Below are positions 1-10,331 of a stretch of 64,000 bases of DNA, piece by piece. Numbering within the stretch: position 1 is the stretch's first letter; each line of letters begins with the position of its first letter. Source of the stretch: Nitrosopumilus sp. (GTDB lineage Archaea; Thermoproteota; Nitrososphaeria; Nitrososphaerales; Nitrosopumilaceae). The notes under the pieces are model-generated. The model was not told where the DNA came from. It did no database searches and saw only the letters and a program-made list of their open reading frames with translations. Made by a program: the position numbers and the translations under genes. The stretch is from positions 512,001 through 576,000 of the forward strand of contig OZ242220.1 of assembly GCA_965206745.1 (NCBI GenBank), read 5' to 3'.

Positions 1-1892
1 ATGTAAAGATATGTTGCTGGAGGTGCATCAAAACCTGTCAAAAGTTTGTCAACAACAATTAGCAGTTTCATTTGTTCAGGTTCTTTCACAAATTTTTCTT
101 TGACTTCTCTTTCAAAATCTTTTATCTTTTTACCATCAAGCATTTTTTGATATATTTCATACTTGACAATGTTATCAGTATCTTCATCAAGACTGGTTGT
201 CTCACCTTTGATAGAACTGATATGTGGATTGTAAGAAGTAATAATTGCACATTTTTTTAATTTATTTTTTTGAAATATTTCATAATATTTGCATGCCTCG
301 TAAATACTACCAGCAATCAATAATGCGTTACCTTTTCCTGTTAAAAGTCTAGGTTTTGTTTCTAGATCCAGTATAATGTCTGCCACAATTTTTTCTAGTC
401 TAGACTGTGAACTTAGAATTTTTTGCATTGTTGCCCATTTTTCCTTTAATCTTGTTACTGCGTAATCTGTCAATCCATTTGTCTTTGCTTCAAACCACTT
501 GTCAACTTTGTCTTTTGATGTTACTTTTTGATCAATCTTCCGTGCTTCGATTTTAAGATCAAGAATTACCTTATCCTTTACAGCTTCGTCATACTTGTAT
601 GTGTGAATATATCCGCCAAATACGTCCAGACTACTCTTCTTGTCTTTTTTCAGTAATGGAGTTCCAGTGAATCCCACAAACACTGAATTGGGAATGATTG
701 ATTTCATTGCATCATGCATTTTTCCACTTTGTGTTCTGTGGCATTCATCAACAAAGACGTAAATGTCTCCCTTTACTTTGAAATCTTTTGGAATTTTAGA
801 AAATATCTCAACAAAGTCATCTTCTTGCTCTGATTGGGTATGATCAAACTTGTGAATTAAAGAACAAATTAACCAAGGTTTTGCATTGTCTAGCTTTTTG
901 ATAAGATCTCGTCCACTCTTTGTTCTATATATTGTCTCACCAATTCCATAGAATCTTTGTTCTATTTGATTATCTAGTTCATCACGATCGGTAATTATTA
1001 TCACTCGTGAGTCATTGATGTTTTCTCTAATCCACTTTGCAACCCAGATCATAGCGAGTGTCTTACCGCTACCTTGAGTATGCCATATAATTCCTCCTTC
1101 TCTTTTTTTGAGTTTTTTCTGAGTTTCTTTTACTGCAAAGTATTGATTGTGTCGCGCAATTTTCTTTTGACCTAGATCAAATACAATAAAGTCGTGAATT
1201 AGTTCCAAAAATCTCTCTTTTTTGCATAATACAGATAATCCACCATCAAGCTTATTTCTTATTCTAGTTTTTTCTTTCCAATTGAGATAGTATTTTTCAG
1301 AGGTCTCAATTACCCCGTATCTCAACCCTTCAGAATCATTTCCTGCCATGACAAGTTGAATCGTCCCAAAAAAATTACGAATAAATTCTGGTTTCTGGTT
1401 ATCAAGATTCTGTCTGATTCCCTCTGAAACTGAAACTTTACTTCTTTTTAACTCTAAAACTCCAAGAGCAATTCCATTTACATATAGTACAATATCGGGT
1501 CTCTTTCTGTTTTGACCTGCTACTGTAACTTCTTCAGCAATGTAAAAGTCATTTTTTAGAGGTTCTTTCCAGTTGATTAGTTGAATGGTTTGTTTCTTGT
1601 CTTTGATGTTTTCTTTTACTGAAATACCATATCGCAGAAAACTGTATATTTCTTTGTTGATGTGGTATAGACTTTTATTCTGATTTCTTGAAACCTTTTC
1701 AATATGACTGATTGTTTTTTTGATTAAAAAGTCATCATATTTTCCTTTGAGATATTTTGAAAGATATTCTTTTTCGATATTGGTGTTTTCTTCTCTTTTC
1801 TCCCAATTTCCAAGATATGTATACTTCAATTCTTTTTGAAAAAATTTGATTACTCTATCTTGAGTTTTTCTTTCAATCTGCCCTACTTTCAT
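1..1892 (-). CDS. hsdR: Type I restriction endonuclease subunit R (runs off the left window edge)
   Basis: Read by hand on the minus strand: ATG at 1892 (MKVGQIERKTQ) overlaps the hsdS stop (ATGA). Contains RPDIVLYVNGIALGVLELK, WHTQGSGKT and VDECHR. Confidence 0.93.
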   Translation of the reverse strand, partial: MKVGQIERKTQDRVIKFFQKELKYTYLGNWEKREENTNIEKEYLSKYLKGKYDDFLIKKTISHIEKVSRNQNKSLYHINKEIYSFLRYGISVKENIKDKKQTIQLINWKEPLKNDFYIAEEVTVAGQNRKRPDIVLYVNGIALGVLELKRSKVSVSEGIRQNLDNQKPEFIRNFFGTIQLVMAGNDSEGLRYGVIETSEKYYLNWKEKTRIRNKLDGGLSVLCKKERFLELIHDFIVFDLGQKKIARHNQYFAVKETQKKLKKREGGIIWHTQGSGKTLAMIWVAKWIRENINDSRVIIITDRDELDNQIEQRFYGIGETIYRTKSGRDLIKKLDNAKPWLICSLIHKFDHTQSEQEDDFVEIFSKIPKDFKVKGDIYVFVDECHRTQSGKMHDAMKSIIPNSVFVGFTGTPLLKKDKKSSLDVFGGYIHTYKYDEAVKDKVILDLKIEARKIDQKVTSKDKVDKWFEAKTNGLTDYAVTRLKEKWATMQKILSSQSRLEKIVADIILDLETKPRLLTGKGNALLIAGSIYEACKYYEIFQKNKLKKCAIITSYNPHISSIKGETTSLDEDTDNIVKYEIYQKMLDGKKIKDFEREVKEKFVKEPEQMKLLIVVDKLLTGFDAPPATYLY

Positions 1893-3088
1893 TTCAATCT
1901 AATTTCCCCTGTTAGTAATTTTTGCATCATTCCTTGTTTTATGTTGATGTATTTGTCTCGTTGTTTTTCTAGTTGATTAATTTCTAATTTCATATCAGAA
2001 AAAATTTTCATAATAGAATTTTGTTCATTGATTTTTGGAATTTTTAATTCTAAAAACTGATATTCTGATAACCAGTATCTTTTATGATCTCCTACGACAA
2101 AATCAATTATTTGCATCATTTCAAAAATAAATTCTAAATTTACTTTAGTATTTTTCTTCTTTAATATTTTCATTGCAGAAGATTTGACTTTGAAAGGAAA
2201 AGTTACAAATTTTGTATCCGTAGTAAAATCATCAAAAATTATTACTGGAATATCTTGAAAAATACTACTTTGTTCGTGGGTATATCCCAAAACAAAAGTT
2301 TTTCCTGCGGTTAAAACAGGAATAGAAAAAGCATCATTGTAGTTTGTATCCCTTATCAAATATTTTGTAGGTTGCTCATAATCCAATAATTCTCCAAATT
2401 TTTTAGTGTCCCATTCTCCACTAAACCCTTCTAATCTTTTCCTTCCTGTTAAAAATTCCTGTATTATTCCTTGTTTGATATTTTTTAACTTTGTGATTAG
2501 GCAGTCTAATTGTTTGATTAGTTTATCTGTATCTGATAATGATATTACAATTTTTTTTTGTTCGGTAATATCAGGAATTACAAAAGAAAAATTTACAAAA
2601 TCTTTTTGATAGAGATGAGTTATAGTTGAACCTGCAGTAAGTTTGACTAAAAAATTTTTAAAATAATTTGATAGAAAAAGATAATATAAAAATGAAGATA
2701 AATAACTATTATTTTTAGAATGGATTACAAATATTCCAGTATTTAATGTGGTGGGAAGCGACAAGGAATCTACATAAGCAATTTTTCCAATAGTTCCATC
2801 TTTTGTTACTAGTATATCTCCAATTTTTAGTTGAATATTTCTATCCTGTTCAAATCTTTTTTTGTCAACATAAACACATGTGTCCCAACTAATCTTTCCA
2901 TTTTTAAAATCTGTTCCTGTAACAAGATAGAACTTTCCATGCATTTTATATTCTGCAGTTGTTAGTCCTTGCCATCCTATTCTAGCTTTTAAAGTTGAAT
3001 CATCTAAAATATTTCCTATTTTCCAATCTTCAGGAATTGGTCCAAGTTCTGTTTGTTTGAAACCTTTCTTGATCTTTTGTTCTACCAT
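1889..3088 (-). CDS. hsdS: Type I R-M specificity subunit (two TRDs)
   Basis: GFKQTELGPIPEDW start, EQKKI..IKQG central helix, KQGMMQKLLTGEIRL end; sits between hsdM and hsdR. Confidence 0.95.
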   Translation of the reverse strand: MVEQKIKKGFKQTELGPIPEDWKIGNILDDSTLKARIGWQGLTTAEYKMHGKFYLVTGTDFKNGKISWDTCVYVDKKRFEQDRNIQLKIGDILVTKDGTIGKIAYVDSLSLPTTLNTGIFVIHSKNNSYLSSFLYYLFLSNYFKNFLVKLTAGSTITHLYQKDFVNFSFVIPDITEQKKIVISLSDTDKLIKQLDCLITKLKNIKQGIIQEFLTGRKRLEGFSGEWDTKKFGELLDYEQPTKYLIRDTNYNDAFSIPVLTAGKTFVLGYTHEQSSIFQDIPVIIFDDFTTDTKFVTFPFKVKSSAMKILKKKNTKVNLEFIFEMMQIIDFVVGDHKRYWLSEYQFLELKIPKINEQNSIMKIFSDMKLEINQLEKQRDKYINIKQGMMQKLLTGEIRLK

Positions 3089-5484
3089 CTGAATCCCATC
3101 TGCTCCAAATGCTGATCAACTTTTACTGATAATGTTTTCACATCCTCATTTAATTCAGGTAATCTTATCTCATATCTTTCTGCAAGCTCTTTTATTCTTC
3201 CAATTAATGTATGGGAAATATATTCAATTTCTTCATCGATTGAATGATTTATTGAGGCTAGCCACTTATCCTGAATGATAATTTCCTTTATCTCTGGTTC
3301 GTTTAGTTGTTGATATCTCTCTAGCACATCTTTGTTTAGTTTTGATTCTGCTTCTTTGATATGTTTTTTTAGAATTTTTTCTTGTTCTGTTAGTTTTTGA
3401 TATTCGATTAATATTTTTAATTCATCGAAAAATTCATGATCGTTTTCTATCTCTTTGATTCTTTTTGGAATATCTTTTTTGTTTATTTTTTTATCATTTC
3501 TGACATCAATAAACAGATCCTCTTCACCTTGATTATCATCCATTTCCTGCATTTGTCGTTTAATATCGTTCAATTTTTTCTCTAATTCTTCAATTTGATT
3601 TTTTTCTTTTAGAAAATATTTGTCAATTACAACATCTTTTGGAATTAACTCACTATCCCAGTTTATTACCTTGTCTTTTTTATCTTTGATTTCATATATT
3701 ACAACATTCCACCCATTCATTGAAATAAGATATACATCATCCTGCATAGTTTCTTCCCAATATGTCATTAATTTTTGATAGATATTATACTCGTCAATAA
3801 GATCATCAATTTTTGAGAATTTTTCTAGTATGTCTTCAGAAATTATTGAGATAAACTCTTTTGGTTTGGAGCCTATATCCATCTCAATAAATAGAGAATA
3901 ATTGTTTACCTTCCAAGATTCAAATGATTTTTTGAATATTTCTAAGAATTTCTTAAACTCTGTATGTTCAAAGATTGTTGATTTGATTTCTGACTTGTCA
4001 ATATTGAGTTTTAGATATCCTTTTCTGAGTGTGGAGAAGAGTAATTTTCTAATATTTGGATAGACTTTCCAATATTTCTCAAGATCATCAATATCTTTTC
4101 TTGGGATTCCTCCTTTAAGATGTCCTTCGATATCTTGAATGTCTTCTTTTTCTTCGTTGTCAATATATCTGGGAATATTTAGATTATAATCATTTTTCTC
4201 ATCACAAATTTCAGAAATTGGAACTAGTCTTGAGAATTTTGGAATCTCTAGTTGTTTTGTAAATGCATCAACTATCTTGCGAATATTCTTTGCTTGCAAT
4301 CTGTTTTTATTTCCATCCTTGACAAATCCTTCCTTCGCATTAATCATAAAAATACCTTTTCTGCTCTGGGCATTTTCTTTATCTAAAACTATGATCGATG
4401 CAGGAATGCTAGTTCCATAAAACAGATTAGGCGGTAATCCGATTATTCCTTTGATAAATCCTCGATTGATTATGTTCTTTCTAATTTCTGCCTCCACATT
4501 TCCTCTAAATAATACGCCATGGGGTAGAATGATTGCACCCTTGCCAGTACTCTTTAGAGATTTTAAGACGTGTAATAGAAATGCATAATCTCCATTTTTC
4601 TTTGGAGGAATTCCATATTCAACAAATCTATCAAATTCATCATCAGTTTCGTTTATTCCATTGCTCCAAGATTTAAAAGAGAAAGGAGGATTTGAGACTA
4701 TCAAATTAAAAGTCTTGAGTTTGCTATTTTTTTTGAATAATGGATTTGCTATAGTGTTTCCTTGTTGAATATCTGCATCAATATTATTATGTATCCACAT
4801 GTTCATCATTGCCATTGCTTTTGTTGCAACATCGTTTTCTTGTCCGTAAATTGTAATTCCTTTTGGTGTTTCATGGGCTACTTTGAGAAGTAAAGAACCA
4901 GATCCTGCTGTGGGATCATATACAGTTTGATCTTTTCTTTTTATATTACTTGCACCAATAACTTTGGCAATTATTTGAGATACCTCAGAAGGAGTATAGA
5001 ACTGGCCTTTTGCTTTTCCAGATTCTGTTGCAAATTTTCTCATTAAATATTCATATGCGTCACCAAGCAAGTCATCTCCATCAGCCCTGTTTTTATTAAA
5101 ATTTAATAATTTACTTTGAAAAATAGATATAAGATTTGTAAGCTTGTCTACTTTTTCCTTTCCGGAACCAAGTTTGTCTGAATCATCAAAGTCTGCCTCA
5201 TCAATTATTCCACTTAGATCATTTTCTTCTGCAAGTTTTTTAATAATTTTATTCATTCCTTCACCAATTCCAGGTTTGCCCTTGAGTGCAATCATATCAT
5301 CAAAACCTCCACCTTTCGAAATAGTGATGGCAACATCTTTTTGGTTCTTGTACTTGTCAGAGATATATTTTACAAATAGAATTGATAGAATGTAATCTTT
5401 GTATTGAGAAGGATCCATACCTCCTCTAAATTCATCACAACTCTGCCAAAGTTGACTGTAAATTTCACTTTTTTTGATTGCCAT
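3082..5484 (-). CDS. hsdM: Type I R-M N6-adenine methyltransferase with long C-terminal extension
   Basis: GDAYEYL, GQFYTP, YDPTAGSGSLL (motif I), NPPF (motif IV), YNLNIPRYI. Confidence 0.96.
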   Translation of the reverse strand: MAIKKSEIYSQLWQSCDEFRGGMDPSQYKDYILSILFVKYISDKYKNQKDVAITISKGGGFDDMIALKGKPGIGEGMNKIIKKLAEENDLSGIIDEADFDDSDKLGSGKEKVDKLTNLISIFQSKLLNFNKNRADGDDLLGDAYEYLMRKFATESGKAKGQFYTPSEVSQIIAKVIGASNIKRKDQTVYDPTAGSGSLLLKVAHETPKGITIYGQENDVATKAMAMMNMWIHNNIDADIQQGNTIANPLFKKNSKLKTFNLIVSNPPFSFKSWSNGINETDDEFDRFVEYGIPPKKNGDYAFLLHVLKSLKSTGKGAIILPHGVLFRGNVEAEIRKNIINRGFIKGIIGLPPNLFYGTSIPASIIVLDKENAQSRKGIFMINAKEGFVKDGNKNRLQAKNIRKIVDAFTKQLEIPKFSRLVPISEICDEKNDYNLNIPRYIDNEEKEDIQDIEGHLKGGIPRKDIDDLEKYWKVYPNIRKLLFSTLRKGYLKLNIDKSEIKSTIFEHTEFKKFLEIFKKSFESWKVNNYSLFIEMDIGSKPKEFISIISEDILEKFSKIDDLIDEYNIYQKLMTYWEETMQDDVYLISMNGWNVVIYEIKDKKDKVINWDSELIPKDVVIDKYFLKEKNQIEELEKKLNDIKRQMQEMDDNQGEEDLFIDVRNDKKINKKDIPKRIKEIENDHEFFDELKILIEYQKLTEQEKILKKHIKEAESKLNKDVLERYQQLNEPEIKEIIIQDKWLASINHSIDEEIEYISHTLIGRIKELAERYEIRLPELNEDVKTLSVKVDQHLEQMGFRW

Positions 5485-5489
5485 TTAGA

Positions 5490-6431
5490 TCACTTTTGCT
5501 TTTTACTCTGATATATTTTTTCAATCAAAGGAATTGCTTTTGCAATGTCGTCAAAATTTTTTATTGAAGAGCGAAAATTTCCTATTCCATGATGCCCAAT
5601 GTTTGAAACATCTTTTACAAACTTGGAAGTTTCAAGTAGAGTCATGTCACTTGTGGAATAATTGAGAGTAATTTTGGTTTTCAGTGCTTCTAGTGTACAT
5701 ATTGAAGAACCACCATCTCGTAGATAGTAACCACCATAAATTTTCCTTTGTTTAAACTCTACATCTTCAAATATTTTTTCAATTGTTTTCTTTAACTCAC
5801 CCCACAATTTTTTTATCTCGTCAGTAGGATGCTGATTATGATATTTTCCTGTAAGGTATTCCTCCTCAGTGTATTCTGATAGTCTAATTCTTACTTTAGT
5901 TGATTTTGGAGAATTTGGACTTTGAATTTGAGAATCTCCCATTCGGTTTAGAGTAATTATGTTGTCTTGATATTTTTTTATCTCATAGAGCTCAATAGGC
6001 AGTCCTTGAAAACCACTTGCTCTTTTTTGATATTTTGTGTATTCTTGTGAAATGAAAATTACACGTGTTTCATCCCAGTTGATATCCTTCACATCTGATG
6101 TTTTGTTCATTTTCTTGTTATAGAGCAGAACAAGGTTTTCTTTTCTCTCATGTAGTAATTGATAGTAACTTACCCCTTGATCAATTAGAGAGTAATTTTT
6201 AATTTTTTTGTATTCTATTATGACAAATGATTTTTTTTCAGAATCAAATGCTATAGTGTCAGGTCTTAGATCCTTTATCTGAAATTCAGTCTCAATAAAC
6301 TCTAATTCTGGAAATATTGAATCTAGGTTTTTTTCAACCATGTTCTGAATTATTTCTTCCAAATCAAATGCCTCTTGATGACTTTCTACTAGATTGTTCT
6401 TTTTTGATTGAAAAATTCTCATCAGAATCAA
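5490..6431 (-). CDS. PD-(D/E)XK nuclease-like protein (NucS-like N-terminus, DUF5655-like C-terminus)
   Basis: LEEIIQ..RPDTIAFD..IIEYK..IDQGVSY and a C-terminal DVSNIGHHGIG motif; first gene of the R-M operon. Confidence 0.65.
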   Translation of the reverse strand: MILMRIFQSKKNNLVESHQEAFDLEEIIQNMVEKNLDSIFPELEFIETEFQIKDLRPDTIAFDSEKKSFVIIEYKKIKNYSLIDQGVSYYQLLHERKENLVLLYNKKMNKTSDVKDINWDETRVIFISQEYTKYQKRASGFQGLPIELYEIKKYQDNIITLNRMGDSQIQSPNSPKSTKVRIRLSEYTEEEYLTGKYHNQHPTDEIKKLWGELKKTIEKIFEDVEFKQRKIYGGYYLRDGGSSICTLEALKTKITLNYSTSDMTLLETSKFVKDVSNIGHHGIGNFRSSIKNFDDIAKAIPLIEKIYQSKKQK

Positions 6432-7069
6432 AAAAGATATCTATTGTCTCTTAGATAAAGGATCTTATGAAAATCACAATTGCCAGAAAAATTAATCTCA
6501 GTTTTGATGTTAAATAGTCTAAATATTTCGTATGAGATCGTTACTTAAAAAACTAGACATAAATATTTTCAACAATATTGATTCATCTTAACTAAAAGGG
6601 ATAGGTAACCTCATACAATATTTTGATGGAGAAAAATAATCGTATGCTAAGCAAGTAAGAAAAAGAATATCTCCAGTGTAATCTTGTTCATCAAAAAACT
6701 ATGAACATAAATTTATTTTATCAAAAAGAAGATAAAAACACAAGTAAACTAGATTGACGTCGACGATCTCTGATGAATATCTGACATCTTTCTTTATTAT
6801 ATCTGGATTACATGTGGCTGTAATCATCACAATCATGTGAGGGATACATTGCATACGAGACCCAGAGGTTTCTAGTGATCTCCACATGTATGGCATTTGG
6901 GCTGCAGGAATCATAATAATAGTAGTTGCAGGTTGTCAGATACTTTGTTTTTAGTTTTCTGGGATTAGTGTTAGACACAAATTACCATTAATACAAAACT
7001 TGTCTGTTATTGAAATCTGTAATTTTACAACCAAATCCAGCAATGTTTTTCATGAATGTGAAAAATCAA

Positions 7070-7141
7070 AGGTACCCGAGGGAGTCGAACCCCCTTGTAT
7101 AAGCTTTGCAGGCTCACGCATAACCGTTCTGCCAGAGTACC
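7070..7141 (-). tRNA. tRNA-Cys (GCA)
   Basis: Minus strand reads GGTACTCTGGCAGAACGG..GAGCCTGCAAAGCTT..GGTTCGACTC..GGGTACC-T. Acceptor stem pairs, TTCGA T-loop, anticodon GCA, U discriminator. Confidence 0.93.
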
Positions 7142-7180
7142 GTTTTAAAAAACACAAAATGAACAATTAAACTCTTTAGA

Positions 7181-7402
7181 TTAGAATTTGCTAAATGACT
7201 TTGAGGCCAGCTTTACATCCTCGCCCTTTACCGTCTTTCTGCCGGCATGCGATGTCATATCGACTGCACCCTTGGCAATATTGTCTGCAATCCCCTCTAT
7301 CACCCTTCGTAGTTCCTCTGCTGACTCGTCGCTGACCCTCTCTGCACCTGCCTTTTTTAGAATCCTGTACATTGCAGCATGTCCCAACTCTGATGATCTC
7401 AT
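7181..7402 (-). CDS. Archaeal histone (HMf/CBF-NFY fold)
   Basis: [25 protein letters not shown] histone-fold signature. Confidence 0.92.
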   Translation of the reverse strand: MRSSELGHAAMYRILKKAGAERVSDESAEELRRVIEGIADNIAKGAVDMTSHAGRKTVKGEDVKLASKSFSKF

Positions 7403-7498
7403 GAATCTTGTTTTGATTTTTTCCGAAAAAGGATAAAGAGTGAAAAAATATCACCAAGGGATCGATTTATACAGACTATCTCAACGATTCATAAAGAA

Positions 7499-8248
7499 AT
7501 GACCTGGTATTTTGATTCCCACATCCATCTCTCTGATTCCCAGTATGCCTCTGATATGGAGTTTCTCTTGATGCAGATGAAATGTTTAAAGATCAAGGCC
7601 TGCTGCGTATCAATGGACTATGAGAACTCGCTGCAGACCCTGGAGCTTGCCAAAAAAAGTGATCTGATCCTGCCCTTTATCGGAATCCATCCAGAGTGCT
7701 CCGGTGACGGACTGGAGGATGTCTCAAGGCTGATTGAGGAGAACCATGGTATCATATCTGGAATAGGCGAGATTGGACTGGATCCTACCTATGTGGATAC
7801 GGATCACACAAGGCAGAGTAAAGTGTTTGAGACTATGCTGATGCTGGCTGAAAAGTTTGACAAGCCGGTATCCATCCATTCCAGAAAGAGCCTTGATGAT
7901 GTCTTTGAAACCATGACCTCATATGATACCAAGCACGCGTTGTTACACTGGTTTGATGGAAGCAAAAAGCAGCTGCGAAAAGCAATGGATATGGGATTTT
8001 TTGTATCCTATGGTCCCGTGATGGTCTATGCCAATGACAAGCAGACCCTGCTCTCAAAGACTGACGAGTCTAGGATTCTTGTAGAGACTGATGGGCCTGT
8101 GAGGTTTTCTAGATGCTTTGAGATGAAGTCTGCACAGGTCAGCTTTATTCCAAGTGTGATATTTTGTGCATCAAAGATACTTGGCAAACCATTTGATGAG
8201 ATGGCATCCCTGCTGGAGTCAAATACAAACTCGTTTCTAGGGGTATAG
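7499..8248 (+). CDS. tatD: TatD family DNase
   Basis: DSHIH, GIHP, IGEIGLD, SIHSR, HWF, ETDGP motifs. Confidence 0.93.
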   Translation: MTWYFDSHIHLSDSQYASDMEFLLMQMKCLKIKACCVSMDYENSLQTLELAKKSDLILPFIGIHPECSGDGLEDVSRLIEENHGIISGIGEIGLDPTYVDTDHTRQSKVFETMLMLAEKFDKPVSIHSRKSLDDVFETMTSYDTKHALLHWFDGSKKQLRKAMDMGFFVSYGPVMVYANDKQTLLSKTDESRILVETDGPVRFSRCFEMKSAQVSFIPSVIFCASKILGKPFDEMASLLESNTNSFLGV

Positions 8249-8255
8249 GTTGGAT

Positions 8256-8486
8256 TCATCTGCTATTTTGGATGATCAGCATGTTAAAGTCATGCATGTT
8301 GTCCTGTATTGATAACTCTACTGCCTCTTTCATATTCTCCATGATTTCCCCGTATGTTTGACCCTGTGAGAAAGCATGCAACTCATCGCAACTGCCTATA
8401 AAACCGCCGTCAATCTTATCGGGAGTTATGAGTATGGTGTATGTCTTTTTTTGTACTATTGAATCCATGATGTACCGTTTAATCAC
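8256..8486 (-). CDS. HicB-like antitoxin (RNase H-fold domain only)
   Basis: YTILI..GGFIGSCDEL..FSQGQTYGEIMENMKEAVEL matches the HicB N-terminal consensus. Confidence 0.75.
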   Translation of the reverse strand: MIKRYIMDSIVQKKTYTILITPDKIDGGFIGSCDELHAFSQGQTYGEIMENMKEAVELSIQDNMHDFNMLIIQNSR

Positions 8487-8571
8487 AAGGTGACAAAATA
8501 AAGTTTTATGATATATTTGGAGACCAATACGATAAAATATTCGAGGAACTGCATCAGATATTGATTAATTC

Positions 8572-9195
8572 ATGACTGAGTTTGATATTGATACAACTTT
8601 ACAGTCTCTATCCCAAATTCGCCCAATTTTTCACAATGAAGCAGATTTCCAATTTGCATTTGCATGGGAAATTCAAAAGCAATATTCAGATTACAACATT
8701 AGGTTAGAATACAAAGTCCCTACATTTGGTAATCGCTATACGGACATATGGATAAACGGCAAAAATCCTATTGCAATTGAATTAAAATACAAGCCAGTTT
8801 CAATGAATCTGCAGCATAATAAAGAGACATTTGAATTGAAAAATCAGGGTGCGGAAGATCTTGGCAGATACGATTTTCTAAAGGATGTTCAAAGGTTGGA
8901 AGAAATTATTATGAAATATCCTGAAACTAGCGCATATGCCATCATGATAACAAATGATAGTCTGTATTGGAGAAATCCGTCAAAACTCGATTCTATTGAT
9001 AAAGACTTTAAGATACATCAAGGTCGAAACATTCATGGCACCTTATCGTGGTCACCAAAGGTAGGAAAGGGCACTACAGAGAACAAGGATCCAATACAAA
9101 TTCATGGCAAATACTGCATGAATTGGCAAAGCTATTCTGACATTGATCAAGAATATGAAAAATTCAGAATGTTATGCTTGCAAATTAATTCATAA
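8572..9195 (+). CDS. Hypothetical protein, probable PD-(D/E)XK nuclease
   Basis: NEADFQ..LEY..YTDIW..AIELKY spacing typical of the restriction-endonuclease fold. Confidence 0.6.
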   Translation: MTEFDIDTTLQSLSQIRPIFHNEADFQFAFAWEIQKQYSDYNIRLEYKVPTFGNRYTDIWINGKNPIAIELKYKPVSMNLQHNKETFELKNQGAEDLGRYDFLKDVQRLEEIIMKYPETSAYAIMITNDSLYWRNPSKLDSIDKDFKIHQGRNIHGTLSWSPKVGKGTTENKDPIQIHGKYCMNWQSYSDIDQEYEKFRMLCLQINS

Positions 9196-9334
9196 TTTGA
9201 TACGCCAGTAAAAGCATAATAAAAAACACATATGTAAAAATCAAAAATTACTTGCGTCAATCCTGCAAAAATTTGATTCAATCTTGGCTATGATCCTTTT
9301 GGAAGATTCACTTTCTCAGACTCTAAATTATACA

Positions 9335-10255
9335 TTATGATTTTTCGTCTCTGTTGGACATTGCCACATTAAACTGCTTGAATGTATCTTCTGCCATGTC
9401 TCTGATCTTGTCCTGTAATAGCACGTCTCCGTCTAGAAACTCACTGGGATTCACTTTGATTGATATGACAGGATATTTCACACATCTGTCTCTCCCTGGT
9501 TCTAAAGAGACGTTGCCATGTTGATCTAAAACTACGTAACGCGGGTCACGCCGAGTAGGCATTTTTACTGCATCTTCAAACGCATTTTCTAGTTTTATAA
9601 CCAAGTTGCAATCTTGTTTAAAATAACGGTCATACCGTTTATTTCCATATCCTAAAGGTTCATACAAATTGACTGCAGCTACTCTGATACAATGAATATC
9701 CGAAATACTCCATATTCCATGTTTGGTTACAATATATGAGAGAGGATCAATAAATTGAGATTTTTCAGACATTGGAGCTATGCCTATTCCCTTTTTAGTA
9801 TAACCAAGAATGAATGGTTTGCTGTGTCTTGCTACTAATTGTTGTGTGGTAGAAAACGCATAGTCTAATTGCAATCTTCCTTCTGAGAGAAATCGTAAAG
9901 AACCAAATTCGATTATTCCGTTAACCATGCAATCATATATTCTTGGAACCATTTCATCAATGGTGTAATGTATGTATGCAACATTGTCCCAAAATTCTTT
10001 TTTTAACCTCGTTTCGATCTCTTGATCACTCATTGTGTCCTTCCAATTATCATAGATTTTTTGGGGACTCACCCCACATGCAAAGATATGGTGTGGTCTG
10101 TTTTTGGCCTGTTGTATTATGCAGATATTTCCATCTTCATCTTGGCCTATTTCCAATTTCTGATCCAATTCATTACACATCTTTGATGCATCTTCAAGCA
10201 ACAAACGAAATCTGGCATGATTCCATGATGAATCTATCTTGCCATATGATTTCAT
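9335..10255 (-). CDS. Hypothetical protein
   Basis: 306-aa ORF divergent from TBP paralog 1; no motif recognised. Confidence 0.6.
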   Translation of the reverse strand: MKSYGKIDSSWNHARFRLLLEDASKMCNELDQKLEIGQDEDGNICIIQQAKNRPHHIFACGVSPQKIYDNWKDTMSDQEIETRLKKEFWDNVAYIHYTIDEMVPRIYDCMVNGIIEFGSLRFLSEGRLQLDYAFSTTQQLVARHSKPFILGYTKKGIGIAPMSEKSQFIDPLSYIVTKHGIWSISDIHCIRVAAVNLYEPLGYGNKRYDRYFKQDCNLVIKLENAFEDAVKMPTRRDPRYVVLDQHGNVSLEPGRDRCVKYPVISIKVNPSEFLDGDVLLQDKIRDMAEDTFKQFNVAMSNRDEKS

Positions 10256-10331
10256 ATGATGGTATTTTTTAATATCTTATTAAATTTTTAGTAGAAAAAA
10301 ATCACAATTGAAAAATATGATCAGATAAAGG

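Noticed and set aside
1889-3088. First hsdS as a third shufflon cassette
   Set aside because: It lacks both the 114-bp and 33-bp repeats and the TGCRTCAA dyad, and has its own hsdM and hsdR.
6440-7060. Gene or ncRNA between the R-M operon and tRNA-Cys
   Set aside because: Only short ORFs without motifs; possibly decayed sequence, but not supportable.
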